A stretch of DNA of 64,000 nt from Paramecium tetraurelia (Eukaryota). The DNA lies in contig CT868063.1 of NCBI GenBank assembly GCA_000165425.1, forward strand, positions 1 through 64,000, read 5' to 3'. Shown in pieces: positions 27,348-40,901 of this stretch. Each line of letters starts with the position of its first letter. The stretch's first letter is position 1. The translations under genes and the position numbers were made by a program. Below the pieces are notes generated by a model. The model searched no databases and was not told the origin of the DNA. It worked only from the letters and a program-made list of their open reading frames with translations.

Positions 27348-29093
27348 ATGCACATATCAAACAGAAAGCCGAAGTTCGGATACGATCTAAACCTACCTAC
27401 TATACATAATAAATCTACTCCAAAAAGAAATGTCAGTTCAGGATAGACTAATTTAAAAGCTTAATTTTTGAAATGCTAACAATGTGGTGATGTGTCAGTT
27501 CCAGTTTGTTGTGTTGATTGCTATATGTTATTGTGCATAAATTGTGGAATAACTCATTCTAAGTAAAATTAATCACATAATATCACTAATTTTCGTGAAG
27601 CATTCAGTTTACTAACAGATGAAGTTAAAATTTTAGATGATAAAATTAAAATTATAAATTAAACCATTAATAAAAAGAACAACAATCTGAAGAATTAGAT
27701 AAATTGTTAGTTATTTGAAGAAAATTTACAAAAAATAATCTCTTTAAGAAGATAAGTTGAATAATAAATTTCAAATTTTTTTGATAAAATTTACAATTAG
27801 TATATTTACATGTGGAATAACTTTATTGAATTGTGGGGATCAAACAAAACCTTCCTGGATAGATTGAATTCTTTCTAATTAAAGATTTTATTATTTTTAT
27901 AGAATGAGCTATCAGATCAGTTATAATTGGTTGAGTCACTCTTCAAAGATAAAGTAATCTAACAATCCAAATCCTTATTAAATTAATACGAAAAAAGAGA
28001 ATAACTATTAACGAAGGATGAGGTTTCCATAATATACCCTCCCAGATTGCTTATAGATTTAAATTGCATCACTAAATAGCATTTATAATTATCCTAAATG
28101 GTCTAGCTTATTGACTGGTATGAAGATGCCAAAGAAGAGCTCTACAAAATAAGAGGAGCTGACTATCAAAGTGTACCTTTGATTCCAGCATTCGCTAAAG
28201 TTATGTATTTGTATGACCCAGAAACTCAGGAATACTAAATAGGAGAATTTTAAGATCTGAGACATCAATAAATACCTCAGTTTTTGAAAACGGTATTTCT
28301 AAACGATGGAACAGCCTACATTGTTGGTGGAGCTGATTCTAAGGGTACTCCAGTAAGGTCGATGTTGAAATGCAAGGATGGGGAATTACAAAATCTTGCT
28401 CCGTTGCCGAAAGCCAAGAACCCAACAAATGGATTAATCGTATTTGATAAATACATTTATGTTATCGGAGGTCTTTAAGTTGTGGATGACAAATTATAGT
28501 GGAGTAGAACGTGTTCAAAGTATTGCATCTAAGAAAACAAATGGTATAATGTTGAGTCTATGAATTATCCAAAGCCCAATCAAACCATCTTTAGGATTAA
28601 TCATTTTATTTATGCTTTTGGATTTCAATAACACGAATTTATTAACTTCGAAAAGTATGATATAGATGAAGAAAAGTGGAGTCTGATTACTTTATCGTCA
28701 ACTTCCTTAAATCCATTTTTATTTGGAGGTGGATATGCTTCGATTCAAATAAATGAATTTTAAGCTCTCTTATTTGGAGGAAAACAATGGAGCAGAAAAT
28801 TCATTGATGATGAAAAGGAATTCTATTTTGATGATGAAATTATTAAAACTGTTTTTTGTTATGATTCTATTTAAAACTCATTTATTAGTTTAGGTGATTG
28901 CTTACCTGGAACAGGAGTGTCATATGGTGAGTTCTAACCTATTTGTTATAAAGACAAAATATTACATTTCGAAGCACCCATTTCAAAATAGAGAAAGATA
29001 AGTTAATTGCTATAAATAATTAATGTAGTTTAATTTTAATTTGTAAATCAAGTCTTAGAAACTGAAATTGTATAAATTTTAACTCCGGATTGA
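27348..29093 (+). CDS. B-box zinc finger / coiled-coil / Kelch-repeat protein (581 aa)
   Basis: CQQC..CVDC...CINC..H...H; Kelch motifs AYIVGG, IYVIGG, IYAFG, LLFGG. Confidence 0.88.
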
Positions 29094-29139
29094 AATAGTC
29101 GACAATTTGAGTATATTTAGATAAATTTAATTACTTATT

Positions 29140-30564
29140 ATGCACAAATTTCTAAGTTCTATTGAAAAAATTGATATTTTTGGTGTCCCAATAAGTCTTC
29201 TCACTCATAAAAACGAGTCAAAGTTTCAAAGTGTAATGGGAGGGATTATTTCTATTTTGTTAGGGAGCCTAAGCCTTGCATATTTCCTATATATTATGGC
29301 CTAATGGATAGATAATGAAATCACTCCTAATGTGAGTTCGAAGTAATAAACTACTGGATATGCTGAATTTGAATGGAAGGAGACTCTGATTCAATTAAAT
29401 TTGGAAGATTTTACTAGCGACATCGATCCTTTTAGGAAAGAAAACAATATCATTACTCCTCTGCTATTCGCTATTCTTGGAAGTAATATTGAAGACGATC
29501 CCATCCCATATTTTAGTACGGATTCTATGCCTATGACTGTCATATTGAGCAATGGTTCGTTGATTCTGAATAACGCCTATGATGAGGATGAAAATCACAA
29601 AGTTATGAAATAATATCTGTTGGTTTTCGCAACTTGTTCAAATGACTATGAAATAGCAGGTAGAACTTGTGCAGATGAAAAGACGATCAATGATTACTTA
29701 TCTAAATAGCATGGCTTCATGTTTTTGACAATAAGACTCAACCAATTAAACTATGTAACAAGAGAACTAGAGTTATTCGCTAAGCAATATTACTTAGCAT
29801 TTAATCCTCAAAGACCAATTTACTCTTAGATCATGTTGAAATAATAGGAGACAATTATTGATGATGGTATCCTGTTTAAAAATTACGAACATTACTATTT
29901 TTTAAATAATTATGAACTAATTAATTAAGAGGTAGATACTACTTTTATGCCAGGTGTTGTATAATTTATGTCTAACGGAAAATACAATTTTGATATATTT
30001 AATTCCTACTTGTTTAGGATCGATAACATTTCAATTATTGAAGAAGTCGCCATGCCAAAATTAGGTTAAATACTGGCTTAGATAGGTTCAATTGTTCAGC
30101 TAATATTTATTTTCAAATATGTCGCCATATATTATAATAATAAATTATAAGAAAACGAACTGTTTCACGATATTATTACTATGTATTATCCTGAGTTCAA
30201 GGAGGTAACATTGAATGTGTTCAATTAATTTGAAATTTCGATGGAAGATAATGGGAAACTAAAAAGTGATTTATAGAATATAAAGAAAAAGTATTCAGCG
30301 TTATTGCGAGGAGCAAAGGAAAAATGCCGGCTTAATAATATCCTGTATGAAATTTCAAGATTATAGTTTATTTTATAATAACAATTCGGAAATTAAGCGT
30401 TCTTGTTGTGTCACAACTTAGGTGCCAAATTAAGCGAGAAATAATAGGAAGATCAAAGTTTGAAAGATACTAATAGGTTAGTTGTTAAACCAATCAATTC
30501 TTTGGATCTGGATCATCGGTGTTCTTCATTAGAACCCCTAGAAATGTTATTGAGGTAGCCTTGA
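29140..30564 (+). CDS. Two-TM membrane protein, 'DxFG' family, paralogue B (474 aa)
   Basis: IDIFG, SVMGGIIS-TM1, Cys pair, MPKLGQILAQIGS-TM2, YYPEFK, LYEISRLQF. Confidence 0.85.
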
Positions 30565-30804
30565 GAATAAAATTGAGATTATATTATATATTGGACATAT
30601 TTTATCACCCTGCAGATTGGATCTATCTAAATTTTCAACTTTGGAAGGAGGGATGTATAAAATTTTGGCGCAAACTTATTTCGTAATTTGATATTAATAA
30701 AATAGTATATATGTGGGTTTGTTGATATAATTGAGATTTATTTTAAAGATATAAATATTAAACATAAATAGTGAGAATGAAAATTATTAAATAAATAAGT
30801 ATAA

Positions 30805-31985
30805 ATGTTTAGCTATTCTTTGCCGAATTTACCTGATTCTCTACATTTTTCGCACTTATTATTACTAACATTAACAGCACCACCAGCGAATTTGAATCCA
30901 GAATATTTTAGCTCTCTGATGAGTCAGTAAGTTTATTCCGTGATATTTTAAGGTATGGACCTGTTGCCAATGTTAAAATTCTGCATCGATCATTAATGGA
31001 ATGTCGAGTCTTGGTCGAGATGGCTAATATTGAGGCAGCAAAGAATGCCAAAAAAGCATTAGATCAACTTTCATCGAATTTCATCAAATGTTCTTACTAT
31101 TAAGATGATAAACTAATCCCACATGGCTCATTCACGATTGGCTCTTATGAAACTATCGAAGATACAACTTCAAGTACGTTTAAAAATAGGCATTCCACAT
31201 CAATTAATGATAGTACTATATATAATAATATAAAATTAGTCATACAAGATGGAGACTCTAAACCACACAGCTCAACTGTATTGCCAATCAGTTAGAAACT
31301 CATACCTTCTCAAAAAAACATTCAATCAACGAAAACAGTGTGCTTAAATGGAATTTCAGGAAAAGAGTTGGATGCGCATAAGTTATACAATATTTTTAGC
31401 AATTTCGGTAATGTAGACAAAATTATATTAATAAAGTAATATATATTGCTCATAGATTTAGTCTTAAAAATTTTGCTTTAGTAAAGTACTTAAAAGAAGA
31501 TCAGGCGTATTTCGTATATTAGAATTGTCAGAATTTATCATTTTTCGAAAGTTCTTTAACAATCACATTCGCTGCAGATGATTCAATTGAAAAGTTAGTC
31601 GGTCTGGATACTTTATATAGAGACTAAGACTATTACGTTGGATCTCAAGATACTGACAGGTACATGCTCTGTAAATTCATCGTAGATTCAATCCAAATAA
31701 CAAGATGATTTTGCTGCCTCCCAGTCAGGTTCTCCACATCTCCAATCTGAAGAAGGTGTCCTCCAATGCAGAAACCATGTGGGATATATTTTCTGAATTC
31801 GGTGTTGTCGAAGTATTCTTTGAAATAATCTGTAGGCAGTCAAAGTTCTAAATTCATAGTTTAAATTTATGTGTTTAATCAAAATGGAAACTCTGAAGCA
31901 GGCTTTGGAAGTCATGGCACTGATGCACAATGAAGAGGTGGACGGGAGAAATATTTAAATTTCATTCACCAAAGCCAAAATTTGA
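30805..31985 (+). CDS. PTB/hnRNP-L-like RNA-binding protein (three RRMs)
   Basis: LYNIFSNFGNVDKI, PPSQVLHISNL, ALEVMALMHN...IQISFTK; four tiny introns. Confidence 0.85.
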
Positions 31986-32238
31986 TTATAATAAGAAAAT
32001 ATTTAAAATAATTATTATATATTAATAATAATTATTGTCATATTTAAATTTATTTCTAATTATGATATTAATTATAATAATATATAATGATATTCATATA
32101 ATTATTATAAAATTTGATTCATTATAATAATGCAAGATCATTTGTAAAGATCGCCTCAAATAATCTGTGACGTATGATTAATTGCTACTAAACCAAATCT
32201 CCAAATCTTTTTTTCTTTAAATAATTCCTTATATTTCA

Positions 32239-32520
32239 ATGAATTCCTTCCATCCCTTCGATCAAAACCTAATTCTTCAACAACAATTGATCCTCCATCA
32301 GATGTTAATTTATAATCAGATGCTCAAGTATTTAAAATTGTCATCCATTAGAGCCTCAGTTACCCAAAAAATACCTCCTACCAATATCCTGACCCCAAAA
32401 CTAGAAGAAATAGACATATCCAACTCCCAATAATTCAAACACGATGATACTCACGAGATTCAACCCACAAAAAGAATTAAATATAAAAGTGAGATCGACC
32501 AAAATCTCAAAGAAAATTGA
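32239..32520 (+). CDS. Small hypothetical protein; another frame stays open to 32676 (possible frameshift)
   Basis: MNSFHPFDQNLILQQQL...; probable 24-nt intron 32328-32351; TGA at 32518. Confidence 0.45.
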
Positions 32521-32769
32521 AAAGAAAAAACCTTAGAAGTAACACCCTGACAGTAAACAATCAGATGAACTTCCAAAAAAGAAGAAGGTGTTTCTTTCAA
32601 TGCTGGATATTAAAGAGGTACAATATAAAAAGTAAATATCTATCCAAATATATTAGAGTCAAAGCTTAAAACAATGAAGATAACTAAAAAAGTGTAGCAG
32701 CCTTTGTAGGTGCTCCAATTTGACTATAGTTTATGATTTTATTATTGTATATAAATGTATTTCACAAAT

Positions 32770-34915
32770 TCATACAAATACATTCTATTTGATAAAATTA
32801 AGGAATCTCATAGCATATTCCCTAGGTGGAACACATGAAATGTTTGAATCAACAAATGTATGTTTCAATGAATATTCAATTTGCTTTTGCATACTTTTAG
32901 ATGAACAAAATTAATTACTTATATTCTGTTAGAATATCAATTATTCCAATAAAATACACTTCCTTTTGATCATTTGACACAACTTGGTTTTTGATATTGC
33001 TGTCGTGTCTTATTGAATGTATACCAATCAAAAGACTATAATCAATAATTGAACAAGATTCCAAAAATAGTACATCATTTTTAAATTAAGCTAATAAGGA
33101 TTTCGTGAATTCTAATTATTATAATTATATATTAATAATTACCTGAATCCAACAATATTTTCTTCTTATCGTCTAAAAAGTCCAGATCCTTCAACGCAAC
33201 ATTCTTATCAGGGATCTTATTGGCTTTTTTCGTTTTCCTACCATAAGTGGATCCCTTAAGATCATATCTTACATCAATAGATAACGGAGATTAAAATACA
33301 TTTACAATTACTATTATATAGGTCTTTGAAATCAGTGTCTTATCCTTAAATGCCTTCAAAACATGTTAACCTAATATCTTAGAAAGATACGTTGAACCAT
33401 AATCCCTTATATATTGGTAATACTGTTAGATAATTCTTGAAAGCAATTTAAATTCGTTCTTAGATATTGTCTTAATCATAAAATCTCCATTATCAGTAAA
33501 ATAAAAAAAGCTTCCGCTCTTCCCAGTCGAACTTAACTCACTCAAACTAGTCAACTTTCCTATCATCAAATTCCCCAATAGGTTTTCAGGACCAATTGAT
33601 GTTAAATAATGTTTCTATGAAATTTTAAAGATTGATCTGATCCTCTCATAAACCAATCCTGCATAATCAACAAACTAATAACAAATATTTTAATTATTTG
33701 AATTCGAAATATTATAGATGTATTTGCTCTTAAAATCTTTGTCTTTTAATTCAATGGACAAAGGACACAAAGCCTAAGCACATGCTCTCATTCCTATCAT
33801 CATGGATATCACTAAATTCCAATTTTCATGTCCAAAATAAATGGCCTTGTGTTTTTTAGGAATGTTTGCAATTGTGGCTCTTCTAAAATCTTCACTCATT
33901 GGTTTTTTCATTTTTTTCTGTTCTAAAACAATTAGTTTGTCCTGCTTTCCAAAACTAGCAATTTTATGAATTCTAGAATCATTCTAAAATAAAGAGAATT
34001 AGGGTTAATTGGCTTAATATTTTACGCTGACCTCTTAAGAGGGATCAACATCACCAGGTCTTTTTGGAGTCTAAATGCTAACATAAAAGGGCCCATCTAT
34101 TTTATTGTCTATTTAATTAATTTAACTGATGTTTGCATCGAAGATTATTGATTCTCCTCCTCTTTTGGAATTCTTTAACTAAATGATACAGGATAACACT
34201 TCATCTTATAAATTATCTATAGATTATTATAATTTGTTATTGTCAATTTCTTGGGTATGTATTGATTGCTTTTCAGTTTTAGTATCATTAAAAAACTCAA
34301 ACCAATCAATTGCATTAGATATATTGTCATATGCATCTAAATAGGCTGAGAAACTTATTTCTCCTGTCGATTGCATCCCCAATGCTTTGATCAACATCTC
34401 CACTTTGGAGAGATTCGGCAATACTTTTGACCCTGTAATTTAATGCCAAAAGAGTAAAATATCAGCACATAACTACTCAATATCATTTTATAGAATTCTC
34501 CCTGTGTCAGTAATATCTAGAAATCGAAAGCTCATTTCTGCTTTTTATTGTTTATTTCCGTTGACAAGTATGTTTAGATAGTTTAAGAAATCTTCAAATG
34601 TTATCTTATTTTTGAATTTTTATTACTTTATTGGAATCTTCTATGTCGATCACGTGAAATAATCTTAGACTCAAAAATTCAGCATTAGCTAATCCCATGA
34701 TCCCTAAACTTTCACGAAATTATTAATAATTGATATATCCAATCTGTGCGAGTTTAAGAAATCTGATACTATTACTTTAATAAAGAAAACCTTTATCTAA
34801 TTTTTTTAATTTCCTTTTCTGAGAATCCTATCCTTCTTTTAGAGAAATCGTATTCATCATACTTCTTGAATTTTTTTTTATCATTGGTGTGAATAAAATT
34901 AATTCTTCTTTTCAT
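32770..34915 (-). CDS. EF-hand (NCS-like) / phosphatidylinositol-4-phosphate 5-kinase fusion, paralogue 1
   Basis: N-terminal EF-hand-like loops ([21 protein letters not shown]); [36 protein letters not shown]. Confidence 0.9.
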
Positions 34916-34956
34916 TATTGAATTGTGTGTATATATATATATAATTTTAATAATAA

Positions 34957-35872
34957 TCATATTTCAGGTAATTTAATTTAAATGGGGCCTTGTGTTTACT
35001 GTATTAATTTATTTATCTTATTGACATTTGAATTTTATTTAAGGAGAAGCATGTGTTTCATCATGGTTGTATGCATTTTTCTCATTCTATGATTCATTTT
35101 AAATTATTAATTGTTCAAATCTAAAACATTCTACAATTTTTGAAACTTTTGTTTGATAGGTTTATTAATTTAAGGAAATTGATCGTCATTTTCATCCTTA
35201 TCCTCTTATTCTTCAAGCAACAAAATGCTATCCACTTTTGATTGAGTACTGAAAAGCTGATTCCCCAAAAGTAAACTATCCTATTTTTCAGCGTTATTGT
35301 CTCTGGGACTGATCTTCTGATCTCTGGGGGTGTTTTGCATCATTTATATAATGTAACTATACTTATCCTTGGCATCTATGTTTTCATTATTGATTTTGAG
35401 ATACATCTACTTTCGTTACATCAGTTCTCCTAATCTAGAGAATAATCCAACTAGAGTCTGAGGAGTTGAAAATTAACAATTTTACAAAAATGCATTATTT
35501 CCCATTAATTAGAACACTTCTGATTTTGGTTTCTTTCTGTATATCATCTAAAGTTAAGGATTATGCATTAATTGATGCAAAGAATGTAAATTGATCATTT
35601 AATTCAATTACTAGTTACAATATTTGTTTGCATTTAACATTAACTTCGCTAAAATTGAAAATGGGATATCTAATTTCCAGATCTATGAAAATGTTAAAGC
35701 ATACTTTTAAGAGTTTAAATAAACCGACTAAAGTAATATTTTCTTATTAGACGTCAATTTGATTTTCTCGAATCAATAAATACAAAGGTCTAAGTTACGA
35801 TTCGCATTCCTCATTGTTAGATTAGTAACAGAATGAATTTAAGGCTGGGAGTGATTACTTTTGAAATAACAT
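34957..35872 (-). CDS. Hypothetical protein
   Basis: Code-6 ORF MLFQKQSLPALNSFC...KLPEI-TGA, probably with one intron. Confidence 0.65.
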
Positions 35873-35918
35873 TAGATTTGATAATTTATTATTGTTTTGA
35901 TATTATTTTATTCACAAA

Positions 35919-37631
35919 ATGTATTTTGCGTGGTTTCTTTATATTGCTTTGATTTTGGTATTCTCCTTATTTATATCTAGGGACTCTACTTTTTATCCAG
36001 AATAATAGTGAAATACTACATAGACCCAGCTGAGTCTTATAACTTCGCAATTAACTCCATTTGTTTGAGCTTCACTGTATCCATGATTTGCATCTTAATG
36101 GTGCCAATCGATGTATTTGTGACTTCTCATCCCAACGATGTCATCTCCACACTTCATCAACCAATCAATAAGTATTTTATAAGGGAGGTCTTTATCTGTA
36201 AGAATGACATTAATCCTTTTAGACCTTTACATTGGATTACTATTTATCACCTTTGTTATCCTACCATTTAATTATTTTTATTCCGAAGAGAGAGCATTGA
36301 GTTATGATAACGACTTTGACTTAGATTTAAGTGAAAAACGTCTATCTTCCAAAATAATTAGATCAGCCAAATAAACTGTATACTTTATCGGGTTTATTTG
36401 TGTCTTGTTAATTTCAGGACTGGTTTTTAATCCCGAAGTCAATTACAGTACTTCTGAAAAATTAGAATGGGTTAAGACCATGTTTGATGTTGATCATCTA
36501 GGCGAATAGGCAATCTCATTTTGCATCTCAATCATATTGACATTTGGTTTTTGCTTATGGGTTATTTATGGTTCCTATGGATTAACTGCTTTGCCATTCC
36601 AATTGATTAAAGGAGCCAGGTCTTTGGAAGAAGAAAAGTCATAGGTCGATAATGATTTAGCCAAATTAAGAGAAAAATATAGGGCGATTCAAGAGAAATA
36701 TTAGAAGAGTTCCTCTAAAATTTCGAAAGGAGATCAGAGGGTAACTATTTTATTCTATTCATGAGGCCTTAACTAATTTAAAAAGAAAGGAGAGGTTTTT
36801 GAACCTAAAAAACGAAAAAATTATAGAATTGGAGACATAGACGAAATCTTTATAGACAATATTTAAAATCATCTCTCCTTTTAGAATAATTATTGGTATG
36901 ATTTGCTTATGCTTCTCAGTCCTAATATTTAGTTCTTTGGCTATTACTACTTATGACAAAGTATTAATATGATTAATTTTGATAGATTACAAATTCATCA
37001 TGTGGATTTAAATGTGGATATTTAATCTAAGAAAAAACATTCTTGAATCCAATCGATACTTTGTATGTTTATTCGTCTTATTATTTCCCACTGGATTATT
37101 TGTTCTTCTTTATCTTCACACTTTATATCTTTATATGCACTTTATATGGAATAATCAAATGTGGAATCATCTTCTTGAAAGGCTTTGAAATTAAAAAAGA
37201 ACAAACTTAACCATCATCTTTGTTTATAGTAGCTGCAATTTTAAATATCAGCATTTTGGTAGTATGCAATCAATTAATGACTCTATGTCCCTAATATGCG
37301 ACTTTTGGCAATCAGCATTATTATGATATTCGAACCAGATAGCAATCCTTATGCACACTTGAAGCTGTGAGTAAAGTGGAGGCTAAATTCATTTGTCAGA
37401 TGACTAATTTATCCACGTTTTACAATAAGTATACAGTTCATATTTATTTAAAATAGAATTTCCTTAGGATATCCTATGTTCGCAGTAATATTCTTTTTAG
37501 CTAATGCTTCCTTTTTGGGGTTGTCATCTTTGATGATATTTATTTTTATGTGCAAAAAGAAGGCTAGTTAAATAGATGTCAATGAAGATGACGAATTAGA
37601 TGATGAGAGTAAATCATTAATTAATATATGA
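35919..37631 (+). CDS. LMBR1-family multi-pass membrane protein (LMBRD1-like)
   Basis: MVPIDVF, ILPFNYFYSEE, YGLTALP, NPID..FPLDY, PQYATFGNQHY; five tiny introns. Confidence 0.87.
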
Positions 37632-37652
37632 ATAAGTATGATATAAACATTT

Positions 37653-40346
37653 TCATCTTTTTCTAATGCTTGTCATGTTGAAGAAATCTTATAATTTTTT
37701 ATTTGCGGTTCCATATGTTGATGACAATTGTGACTTGCAAATTTATAAAGGTAATTCCAATTTCTGATCATTTGAAACCTTCGTATTACACTTAGATCTT
37801 GTTGAAATTAAATTAGTGCTATTATTAGTATTGTTTAACAATTTTGGGCATTTAGAAGCTGTTCTTAGAATGACATTATTCTTTTATACAGGTGTGGATA
37901 TCAGTTGTAAATTAGTAATGGAATCACGAGATAGCTCTACACTCTTTTTGCTGAAGAACACATCAAAATGATGAGGAGGGTTTGGTTTCTACTGGGTTGA
38001 TGATCGATTAAGGTTCTTCATTTTCCTATTCATGTGATGTAAATGAATAAAAATCGGGTCAGATTGCTTTTGATTTGCTTAAGATTACGAACAATTTGGT
38101 ATCTGAGAATCGATAGTAAAGATAAATCTTTTAATTTCATTTGGTGATTGCTCTGTCTTGGCAAATCTAATAGGTAGTGGTTTTGGCGTTGGAGATTGAG
38201 TGACTAATTGTTTTTAAGATCTCATTTCAGTAAAAGGGGATGGCTATTCATCAAAGGGTTATCCATTCAATGGTTTTAATTGTTTGATTTTATTCTCAAT
38301 TACATCCTTTTTCCATTCTTTCGGTTTGAATTCATAACTATTCATGTGCTTTTCCATTAAATCTTTTAATTTATACTTTTGTTAAAGGAGTTTAGCAGAA
38401 TTTTGTTACTCCTAGATGTTCTTGCAGTCAATGATCGCCTCTTCAATGAAATTTAAAAGGAATTTTAATTATGTTCTTGCATTTGTTAGAGCTACTTAAT
38501 AGCCTTCAGTTTTAATCTTTTTCAACACAGTATCTAAATTGTAATTCTCAAGTTATGAAACAATATTTTATAAATCAATAATGGAGAAGAACTAAGCCAA
38601 AATTGGGTCTTAAATAATAGCGTCAGAAATTAATTTCAATTCTTCTTTATTTAATACAGAACCTAAAATCTCTTAGACCCCTTGTTTCTGAGCTATGGGA
38701 AGCAAGGTTTTTCTTTTATGCGAACGATCTTCGAGATGATCATAAATAGCATTCAATAATTGATTTGAATTGCGAATAACAGGATCTTTTACAACTATCT
38801 TAATTTTGAATTGGTTCTCCAATTAATCATAAATAGTATTTAGCTTTGAATATAATTTATTATATGTCCATTTTAAATAAAAACTAAGAATTAGTAAATT
38901 CATACTCTTAATCAAACAATTCTGAGGGACAGGTCTTCAATACTTCTTTGATGTTTAGGAGTGAATTAATCATCCTAAATAATGCATTGGTTAGCATACT
39001 GTACATTCTCAATACAAATTAAGCATTATTCTCAACTAATCGAATTTACTAATTCTTAGAAATCAAAGCTGCCTCTACATTCAATTCTTCAACATTCATA
39101 TGTTCATCATCTCTTTCAAACAAAATGTCATCCATTGCATAGAATTCCAAGGAATTTAAATCTTCTAAAGTTTATTTCAATTTTGCTTTTTAATCTAATA
39201 AATCTTCATACCTATTTTTTTAAGTCATTTCATTAAATTATAATTTACGATATACTTAAATCAAATCATCTATAGATTTTTATAAATTATTGTGGTGGAA
39301 TTTAAAAAAGATCTTCATTCTCGAACTTACACTACTGAATCTAGCTCTGTCAATATATTCCTATTCACTATCGGCAATTTGCATTCTATTCCTTGGTTTT
39401 TATAATTGATTTCTGGCATTTTCCAAAATTTCTGGCAGTTCAAAATCTTTGGGATCCTCCATTACAAAGATTAAAATGATCTTATCGAAATCATCCAATT
39501 CATCCAAGAACTCTGCGCATTCCTCAATCTTATTGAACTTAGTCGATATCTCTAAGTTAATATCCTAAATCTATAATTCAGTCAGAATCAATTATTCCTA
39601 TAGATATTTTAATCTTTCTTCTTATTGACATAAGCCTTCTAAATTTTCTCTAATAAATTGTAATCACAAATTACTTGACAATTTAGTTTTTATGTTCATA
39701 ATTTGAAGTATTATCATGTAAGTATTACTTAGACCACTCTTTTTCCTCCTACAACGCCTTTTTTATCTTTTTATTTTACTTTTTTGCTGCATTAAAAGCC
39801 TGCAAATTTTAGAACTCCTTTAACTAAATATGGGGTTGTTTCTGAGTGTATAATTATAATTATTCAATAATAGTATTGTTCCTCTTTTGATTTTCCCTCA
39901 CTGAATGACCCAATACTTGAATTTTATGCTATAATGTTTGATTTTATTCTTATTCAGCAGCTATTTAATTGTTGATAGCAGCCAAGTCATTCTCCTGGAG
40001 AATGGAGTATTTCTTCTATTCCACTTCTACCTAATTGTATTAAGTTAGATTTAATTTCATTAGATCATTTTGATATTTGATATTGGCCAACAATGCCTTT
40101 AACTTTTGAGTTTCAGTTTTTCTGTCATATTCTTAATAAATTTCTTCTTATTTCATTTCCTCCAACAATTCAGCCTTTCTTTTTACAACATATTCATTGA
40201 TGATCTAAAAATATGCATGTGTCTACTTCTTTTTTCTTATTCTCAAATTATAAATTCAACAATTCTGCATTAAATACATTCGGCATTGATTCTAACGACT
40301 CTCGTCTACTGATGTTGTTGGTGTAACTTTTACGGAAAGAATTCAT
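37653..40346 (-). CDS. Large coiled-coil protein of unknown function
   Basis: MNSFRKSYTNNISRRESLE...; Q/E/K-rich helical sequence, several introns, S/P-rich tail ending SIRKR-TGA. Confidence 0.7.
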
Positions 40347-40365
40347 TTTATATTAATAAATAATT

Positions 40366-40888
40366 TCAACTCTTTGGATGCTATACAAATTCTAATTCAT
40401 TGATTCCGAACATTTCTTTTACCCATTGTGTGATTTTATCTTCCTAGTTCTAATGCGAGGTCATGTCCTTCACCCAAATTGAAACCTGAGTAAATGACCT
40501 TTTTTAATTGACGACCACTCCGCAAATGAATTCATTGCAAGTGCATTGATTACCTATATAACTCAAGAGGATGTTTTCCCAGACTCGATCAACATTATTT
40601 TTGCATCTGAAGACAAATCTTCCCCCATTTTGATTGGCCTTGTCCTCCCACATTGGTTGGATTTCCTCCTAAAATAACAGTATTTGGCACCCTTCTGGGA
40701 TGGTTGAAGGCTTTGCTATCCATTGATAGTACATCCAGAACGATTCTGCTGTTTCAAAGTTGCCTAAATTTAAATCATTTCAGTATCATACACACTTTGT
40801 ACAGATTGTCATTGTAATTATCCTTGTCAATCTTGGTCTGTGTTCTCTGAGTTGACACCCAAAATGTATATTTGCTCTTTAATAACAT
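40366..40888 (-). CDS. eIF4E: Cap-binding protein of the eIF4E family, class II (4EHP)-like
   Basis: LKSKYTFW, TAESFW, IQPMWEDKANQNGGR, VWENILLSYIG, ICGVVV, VSIW; one 28-nt intron. Confidence 0.92.
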
Positions 40889-40901
40889 ATTAATTTTAAC
40901 A

